Below are positions 54,503-64,000 of a stretch of 64,000 bases of DNA, piece after piece (the stretch's first letter is position 1; each line of letters opens with the position of its first letter). A model generated the notes under the pieces. The model was not told where the DNA came from and did not search any database. It saw only the letters and a list, made by a program, of their open reading frames with translations. Both the position numbers and the translations under genes were made by a program. The DNA is from Phaeosaccion multiseriatum (taxonomy: Eukaryota > Protista > Ochrophyta, other classes): NCBI GenBank assembly GCA_965112735.1, contig OZ218956.1, positions 620,001 through 684,000 on the forward strand, read 5' to 3'.

Positions 54503-54710
54503 CTGTCCCTTCACAGCTCGGAACTGCAAGAGGAGCAGAGGTCGGCGTTACACGGTTTGCTAAGAAAGTTGGTGCTCCACCCCGACAGTTGGCGACTTCC
54601 TCACCGATCAATGATATCGGTCAATTTCCAAAACACAAAACACAAATTAAACACACACAAGGCAACAACATAGTACAGCGCACTTGAGCGATGAAATAAT
54701 AAAATTAACT
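54503..54710. promoter_or_regulatory. Putative bidirectional promoter (AT-richer spacer)
   Basis: 208 bp between divergent ATGs, with A-rich tracts; positional inference. Confidence 0.4.
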
Positions 54711-55679
54711 ATGGCGGGCCATATGGATGGTGCTGCAGCTCTTGTTAACCAGCATTTGAGGAAGAGCTGCTCTCTCGCAGGCATCCGTAAGAGCCAGCTT
54801 GGGGCGGAGCTACCTTCCAGGGAGGAAGTCAGAAGGCAGGAGAACCCAGAGTATGCAGAATACTCGACGGCGGGAGAAAGAGGGGCGGGCGGGGGGGGGG
54901 GGAGAGCGGGAGAGGCGCCGAGCAGAGGCATCGTGCCGAACACCCACTTCCTAGGGAGGCTCTTGACAGGGGTTGAGAAGTTAAACGCGGCAATAGACGC
55001 GCCTGGGACGACTCCGCCGGCCCAGCCGCTGGCAGCGCTGCCATTGGAGACCGCTTCTGCTGCCAGCCAGAGGAAGAAGCGCTCTCGCCTGGAGGCTGTC
55101 ATCGAGATTAAACGGCTGGCGGCTTTGCATGGCTTGCAAGTGGTAATATCGGAAGCAGACGAGACTCAGCAGCCAGCAGCCAAGCCACTCCCTACGGGCG
55201 GCATGCGGTCGGCGGCTGTGGAAGAGCGGGAACCAGTGCTACAGCAGCAGCAAGCGGGGGAGAATGGCAGCGGGGACGAGCAGCAGCACCACCACCAAGG
55301 CCACCAGCAACAGCTGTCGGCAAACAAGAGGGGGCGGGACGGGGGGGCGAGTGCGTTGCCGGTGAAGAGATTAAAGCCAGGGGTAGCACCAGCTGCCGAA
55401 CCGCCTTCTCCGCCACAAGCTAAAGCGGTAAAGGCACGTACACGTACACGCACGGGGTCGGGGGCAAAGGCGCAACCCGCGGAGGAGGAAAAGGCCAAAA
55501 CCGCAGAGGCCAAGGCGAAAACCGCGAAGGCAAAGCCGAAAACCGCGGAGGCAAAGGCGAAAACCGCGGAGGCACGGCCGAGGTTAAGAGCCTCTGCAGA
55601 CCTGTTCAAGTTCGCCATCGGAAGCCTCGGAGCTGCCACACCGCGGCGCAGAGAGAGGGGTGACAAGGAGAAGCCGTGA
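54711..55679 (+). CDS. Hypothetical intronless basic protein with a conserved-looking PNTHFLGRLLTGVEKLN motif and KAKTAEA repeats
   Basis: Clean non-microsatellite ORF occupying the space between two flanking genes; RKKR and PVKRLK NLS-like stretches. Confidence 0.65.
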   Translation: MAGHMDGAAALVNQHLRKSCSLAGIRKSQLGAELPSREEVRRQENPEYAEYSTAGERGAGGGGGRAGEAPSRGIVPNTHFLGRLLTGVEKLNAAIDAPGTTPPAQPLAALPLETASAASQRKKRSRLEAVIEIKRLAALHGLQVVISEADETQQPAAKPLPTGGMRSAAVEEREPVLQQQQAGENGSGDEQQHHHQGHQQQLSANKRGRDGGASALPVKRLKPGVAPAAEPPSPPQAKAVKARTRTRTGSGAKAQPAEEEKAKTAEAKAKTAKAKPKTAEAKAKTAEARPRLRASADLFKFAIGSLGAATPRRRERGDKEKP

Positions 55680-55717
55680 TGTTGTAAATACTAAATACAT
55701 TGTGCACTGAGCCCCCC

Positions 55718-55776
55718 TCAGAGTTGGTACACGAGACCCTCGTTTTGGTCGCTCTCTTGTGCCTCTCCTGGCGCAG

Positions 55777-55829
<53 letters not shown>

Positions 55830-57698
55830 CGCGACCAAGTCTCTGCTCCTCCGTCTCCTTCCTCGTCGTCGTCGGGCTCCTGCACAGGTCGGCCAACGCC
55901 AGCAGAGTCAGAGAGGGACGGGTGGACCGTCAGTTCGGGTGGGTGGGGGTCGGGAACATTCATTCGCATCAACGAGAGAGAGCAACAGTCAGAAGCAGTA
56001 GCAACACCCCCTCCCCGCTCTGCTCTTACCTCGTTCAGGCTCAGCAGCGGCTCCAGCATGCCCCCCGGGGGCAGGAGCCCCCCCCCCCTCCGCCCCCTCC
56101 ACCATGTGTCCCCAAAGCGATACACAATGAGGCCGCAGAGGATGGTGATGAGGCCCCCCAGGTCCGCCGGCTTGAGCGGGGAGGTCCCCAACGCAGCGAA
56201 GACGATATTGGCCAAGGGGACTGTCGTGGTGAGGGAGATCACCACAATATTGGCGGAGCCGAACTTCAACATCAGAATAATCAAGATGTTGTATCTGTTG
56301 TGGGGTGGGGCGGATATTTGAAAAAAACAGCACAACAGGCGAATGAGGGAGGGAGTTGCGTGTAAAGTAAAGCAAGACAACACATGCACCACCACTTACG
56401 CCATGTTAAACAGGACGAACAAGCTGACGTACAGCGGTCCCAGGGGCCAGCAATTGTCAGGGTGCTTCCCCCCAACCACGGTGTTGATACCCGCGAAGCA
56501 CTTGAGCCCCGCCCAGAGGTTTCCCATGAGCCCCGACGGATATACAGGTGGGTCCCCCATGAGGCCCGCAGGATAAGATAGCACGACGGAGAAGGCCAAT
56601 TGAAATACCGCCACCCAGCCATTCAGGTATATGGGATCCAACTCGAGGTCGCCCAAGGCCATCTCCTTGTAGACATTGCTCAGCGACATTGGGATGCAGC
56701 TGAGAATCATGGCAAAGCTCCAGCCCGCGGTCACGGCGCCTCCTTCCAAGCTGAGGTTGGGGATGAGGACCACGCTGATGCCCAGGGCTACGACGGCGGC
56801 TCCAGTGTACTGGCTAACCACGTATCGGGTTTTGAGAAGCTTCTTCGAGATGTACAGGCTGATAGGGATGGAGGCTTGACTCAGCAGAATCAGCAGGGGG
56901 CCAGACAGGTAGGTGGCGGCGAAGATTTGAAGAGTGCCGCTGACCGCATCCAAGGAAGCAATCGTTGCAAACACACTCTTGGGCACTTTAAGTTGCTGGG
57001 GTGTGATTTGCCTACCAAAATGCACCATGGGGATAATGTATGCGAAGGAGAAGGGCACGTACTGCACACAGTGAACGAGGGGGGGGGAGTTGGGGGCGCA
57101 GCAGCCGGAGCAGGATCAGGAGGGGGGCCTCAGGGAAGGTCACTAGGGGGCGCTTCCCCCGCCGGACAAGTCTCTATTTCTCGACCTTGTCTCCTTACGA
57201 CGAATACGACTTTATCTCTCACCACAAACGTAGTCCAAAGGTTCAAGAAGGACGGATAGTTCCTTAGCGGGACAGTTTCAAGCTTTTGGAAGACGCGGTT
57301 GCCCAGCGAGACCACTGTCATCGCTAGGAAGCTGATGAGTAGAGCCCGTTGTCTGCGCTTCACCACCTGACAGAGTCCACAGTAGAGAGGGGAATGAGAA
57401 AGTGATAGGGAGCCCATGTGCTTCAAGGTTCCGCCTCGCTGTGGAGACATTCTACCTTCGTTCTTTCCCCTCCTCTTCCCCCTTCCTCCTCCTCCTTCCT
57501 CCTTCACCCCCTCTCCTCTTTACCTCTTTCCAGGGAGAAGTCAACTTCTGCAACACTCACCTCCTCCCTCGCTTCTTTCATCCCTTGAGCCTCCCCAGAG
57601 AGGAGAAGCATCTCATTCGCTTCCTCCTGAAGGGAAGGCATTTCACTGGGATGTACCCGGGGGTTGTCATACTCTTCCTGTTCTATCAGCTTCCCCAT
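55718..57698 (-). CDS. CRT-like (chloroquine-resistance-transporter family, DMT superfamily) transporter
   Basis: Exons 57698-57561, 57366-57223, 57062-56400, 56294-56030, 55879-55718. Motifs GNRVFQKLETVPLRNYPSFL, LLILLSQASIPIS, SCIPMSLSNVYKE, LNGWVAVFQ, GLKCFAGINT..DNC, FNMAYNILIILMLKFGSANI. Confidence 0.88.
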
Positions 57699-57797
57699 CT
57701 TCCAGAGAGAAGCAAAAAAAGCAATGCTGTGTCTTGAAAGTTGCTGCCAGCTGGGGGATCGGATCACATCTCCACTGGCAGGGTGGCTGGCTGGCTG
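57699..57797. promoter_or_regulatory. Putative minimal bidirectional promoter between the CRT-like and PDCD2L genes
   Basis: Only 99 bp between the two divergent predicted ATGs; positional inference only. Confidence 0.45.
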
Positions 57798-59467
57798 ATG
57801 CATCGAAACGAGACCGAGGAGGAGCACGTGGAGCTTGCTCTTCTCCGCTCCAAAGGGCTCGCTCGAGGCGCAAGACCTGCAGCGACGGACAGCTGGGCAG
57901 GCGGCGCGCCGCGTCCATTCGCCGACTGCAGCCCAGCGCTTGAGGCTGTCCCCACGACTTGCGCTCTCTGTGGGAGCCCTCTCTACCACTTGGTGCAGGT
58001 ATACGCGCCCACGAAGTACCGCAAGCGAGCTTTATCGGTCTTGGGCTGCAATCGGGCGGCGTGCTCTGCACAGAACGCCTCGTGGAAGGTTGTGCGTTGG
58101 CAGCAGGAGCAGGAGCAGGAGGAGGAGGAGGAGCAGGAGCAGGAGGAAGAGGAGAAGGAGGAGAAGGAGGAGGAGGATGGGGGGCGAGAGAAGCAACAGA
58201 AAGGGGAGCGGAGCCTCATCAGCGAGGCCGTTGTCGGTGAGGAGGCGAGAAGAGGCGAGCCTGGGGCGGAGGCGGCGGGTGGGGGCAGTGCGCCTTCGGT
58301 AGAGGTTTTAGGCGATTCCGGACAGCGAGGCGGGGAAGAGGGTGCGAGTGTGACTTCTCCTACTACTGCTGGTGATGATGCGTCCGACTGGGGAGCGGTC
58401 GACGCCGCGGACGGCGAGGATTGGGGGGGGGACTGGGCACCGGCAGGTCCTGCTGATGGCCCTTCAACGCAAGATGTGGACGAAGATATCGATGCGATGC
58501 TCCTGAAGAAAGAAAGGGCCCCTGTACCCACTCCTCCTCTTCCCCCAACAGTACGCGGGAAGGGCTCTTCCCCGATTGAAGACGGGCCTGCTCCTCCACA
58601 CAGCCTCTGGGCTGGCGCGGTGTTTACCCATACCTATGTCATGGACTTTGCTCCTGAGCCGTGGGAAGCAAGCGGGTGTGAGAAGGACCACGCTCTGGCG
58701 CTGCTGAGCCGGTACAGGGAGGAGGAGGAGGACAAGGAGCTGGTGGCGCTTCTTGAGAAGGCCATGGCGGCCCCTGCAGGGGAGGGCTCGGGATCTGCAG
58801 CTGGGGGGAGTGCCGCTGCGAACACACAGGGAGGCGAGGCCTACGAACGAGAGCCTGCAAAGTGCGTGCCTCCCCCGACCGGGGCCCAGCGGGGAGGGTG
58901 TGGCTTCTCCCTTGTGCCCTCATCCCCCCGCGCGCCCCCGTCCACACTGCATCTCCCAACCTCTGCCCTCTCATCCACTGCCATCCCCCCTCGCATCTAC
59001 TGCCACCCCACCTCTATCCACTGCCATCCCCCCTCGCATCTACTGCTACCCCCAGACGCAAGGCTCTGCTGCGCTTCCAGCGGCGGCTACAGCGCGAGCC
59101 CGCTCAGGTGCTGCGCTACGCGTGGGGCGGGCTGCCCATGTGGGCGGGCAATACACCTGCCAAGCTGCGGATACCCCGCTGTGCATGTGGGCAGGAGAGG
59201 CAGTTCGAGATGCAGCTAATGCCCGCCCTCCTCTTCAAGCTCGGGGTCGGCGGTCAAGTCGAGGCGGGGCAGAGAGCAGCGGACCAGCCACAGCAGCAGC
59301 AGGAGCAGCAACAGCAGCAGCAGGAGCAGCAACAGCAGCAGCAGCAAGAGCAGCGGGAGGGGATGGAGTGGAGCGTGGTGGCCGTTTGGTCTTGCCCAGA
59401 CAGCTGCAGCAAAAGCAGGGAAGAGGTGGCCATCGTGGAGCCAGAACCAGAGACCGTAAGTCAGTGA
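57798..59467 (+). CDS. PDCD2L: Programmed cell death protein 2-like / TSR4-type ribosomal uS5 chaperone
   Basis: Exons 57798-58861 and 59056-59467. CALCGSPLYHLVQVYAP..LSVLGCNRAAC..WKVVR N-domain; FQRRLQREPAQVLRYAWGGLPMW..IPRCACGQERQFEMQLMPALL..MEWSVVAVWSCPDSC PDCD2_C domain; no MYND finger. Confidence 0.88.
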
Positions 59468-59592
59468 GACTCAGGTAGCACACCACACACTGAGATTGCC
59501 ACCATTGTTTAAGTTCAAATTGCCCAAATAAAACTAAGCTCTATTCTATTTCGGCTCTAACCGGGCCGTGCCTTGTCGCTTGTCGCAAGTCA

Positions 59593-62171
<2,579 letters not shown>

Positions 62172-62387
62172 GATTGGCAAGGGTTCAGGTGCCTCGCGCC
62201 TCTTTCCTGCTCTGCTTCTCTTGTGACTGAACGATCGACAAAATCTGTTTCGTGTTTCGGCGGCTCTGCATCAACTATATCGACTTGGGGCAAACCCCAA
62301 TCACGTCCAGAAGGCAGCCGATGGCTTTCCTTGTTCCCTCTTTCCTCTTTCCCTCGTGTAGCCCGAAGATCTCTCTCACGGGCGGGC
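62172..62387. promoter_or_regulatory. Putative bidirectional promoter between hemB and RABL6
   Basis: 216 bp between divergent ATGs; positional inference. Confidence 0.4.
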
Positions 62388-64000
62388 ATGGGAAACGTAG
62401 CGGGTGTGGAGGAGGCTCCCTCCCACCAGCAGAATGAGGGATATGCCTCCAATGTGAAGCTGATGGACAAAAACATTAGGTGTGTTGATATCTGTATCTC
62501 TCTGCTCCCTCCCATGCCTCACTTCCTCGTGATCCCTCCTTCAGGCGCAAGCTCCGGGCAGGGGTACAGTACAACATGCGCATCCTAATCCGAGGGGCGC
62601 GTGGGACGGGCAAGACTGCTCTGTGGAGGAGGCTGCAGGGGGAGCGCTTCGTGAAGAAGGTCCGTCGAAGGCGGGGAGCATCCCTTTCTCTCTGTCCCTC
62701 TCTCTCCTATTCATTTCATGCCGCTTCTCTGGACTCTCTCACTCCGAGCAGTACCTCCCCACCGCGGAGATTCAGACGACGACCATAAACTGGGCCTTCC
62801 GACACACAGAGGAGGCTGTCAAGGTAGAGGTGTGGGACGTAGTCGACCAGGGCTTCAGTCCAGACGAGTACAGCAAGCAGGAGGAAGGCGGGTCGTGGGA
62901 CGACAGAATGGCTGGGCTGCCGGCAGGTCCGTCGTCTCCTCGCCGCAGAAGAGAGAGAAGCTTGGTCCGGAGCGATGCAGAAACGAAAGCCCCCAACCCC
63001 TCTCCCTTCTCTCTCTCTCTCTCTGGATGACTGACAGGCGCTCTTCACGGCCACCAGTCCCGCAGCATCGCCCCCTTGGACGCGTCTGTCGTTGATGTGT
63101 ACAGAAATGCGCACGCGGTCATCTTCATGTGAGTGCGTTGAAGGCAGAAGGAGGGATGTGTCTCCAGCTTTGCCTCAAGCCCAGCCTCCCCTTCCCCCCT
63201 CCCCTGCTGCCGCCCTCCCTCCCCAGGATCGACCCATTTGATCAGTCCTCCTTATTGCATGCGGCGGGGGGCCTGGTGGACGTGCCTGACGACATGCCCA
63301 TTGTGCTGCTGCTGAATTTCAAGGTTAGAGGAAGGGAAGGTTAGAATTTCCATCTCGTCCGACAAATAGTGGGGGCATTCACTCACGCTTTGTTTGGTTT
63401 GACCCGTCGGGGCAGGACAAAGTCGCTGCTTGGGCTAGCTCCGGCGGAGAGGCATGCGACGGGAGCAGTCCAGAGGTAAAAGGCGAGGGGGGAAGGGCGT
63501 AGGGCCGTGATTTTGAGAGGAAGTCGAAGCAAGAGCTGTGTGTGCTGACAAGAGTTGTGTGTGAGTGTGTGGTCTGGTGTAGCATGTGCGGCGCGTCGAT
63601 GTCGAGGTCGTCCTTTTGCCAGTCTGTTGCCTCTCTGCTGCTTGCTCGATCCATACCGCCTTTTGCCAGTCGGTTGTTGCGCACCGGCTGATTGATTCCT
63701 CGGTCCGTGTCCTCCCTTTGGCGGGGGGGTGGGCAGGTGAGCCTGGCGGACGTTCAAGACCTCGTGAACAGCAAACAGGCCGAGGACCGCAACGAGGCCA
63801 GACAGCGGCACGTCACGGCCTTTGACTGCTCCATGAGGGACTGCTTCGGACTAAGGGTAAGGCGGTGGAGATGGGCACCGGCGTGGGGGGCACGCAAGGT
63901 GCCCACCATGATGCCCAAGACACCCAACAAGGTTGTCTAAGATGCGGCTTTTGTAGACGTAACTCTGCTTTGTTTTTGTTCCGTCTTGTCCTCTGTCCTC
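62388..64000 (+). CDS. RABL6: Rab-like protein 6 (RBEL1/PARF) GTPase, 3' end outside window
   Basis: Spliced MDKNIR|RKLRAGVQYNMRILIRGARGTGKTALWRRLQGERF..YLPTAEIQTTTINW..VKVEVWDVVDQG..LDASVVDVYRNAHAVIFM..DCSMRDCFGLR matches the RABL6 signature (GVQYNMKIVIRGDRNTGKT, VKVEVWDVVDKG). Confidence 0.9.

Overview
Eukaryotic, intron-rich, GC-rich nuclear DNA. Bipartite plastid presequences (ASAF/GLAF/ASLAF) on three genes point to an alga with a secondary red plastid, most likely an ochrophyte (inference). Most long entries in the ORF track are microsatellite artefacts; the real genes appear only after manual splicing. I reconstruct 12 protein-coding genes: (1) a 5'-truncated MABP-Sec7-PH ArfGEF (+, <1..13806); (2) a plastid 3xRRM glycine-rich RNA-binding protein (-); (3) an LRR + Cys-rich-repeat + ~5TM receptor-like protein (-); (4) a small thylakoid-lumen-type protein ending LCEALGRGC (+); (5) an MgtE/SLC41 transporter (-); (6) a ~25 kb giant gene with EF-hand, dsRBD-like, ankyrin, WW, UBR-box, IQ, TRAF-type Zn-finger and ALK/LTK-like glycine-rich domains (+); (7) a Cys-rich single-pass membrane protein (-); (8) a hypothetical protein (+); (9) a CRT-like transporter (-); (10) PDCD2L/TSR4 (+); (11) plastid ALA dehydratase/HemB (-); (12) a 3'-truncated RABL6 (+). 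Ten of the genes sit in five head-to-head pairs. The most unusual non-genic signal is in the introns. Two short dispersed motifs (GGATGGCAGTGGATG/CATCCACTGCCATCC and GTTGGTGATACAG/CTGTATCACCAAC) are placed with orientation polarity near donors versus acceptors, form inverted pairs bracketing some introns, and also occur in-frame in exons. Many microsatellites start at the 5' splice site and repeat its sequence. No rRNA, tRNA, CRISPR array or transposase was recognised. Exon coordinates were read by eye and may be off by a few bases.
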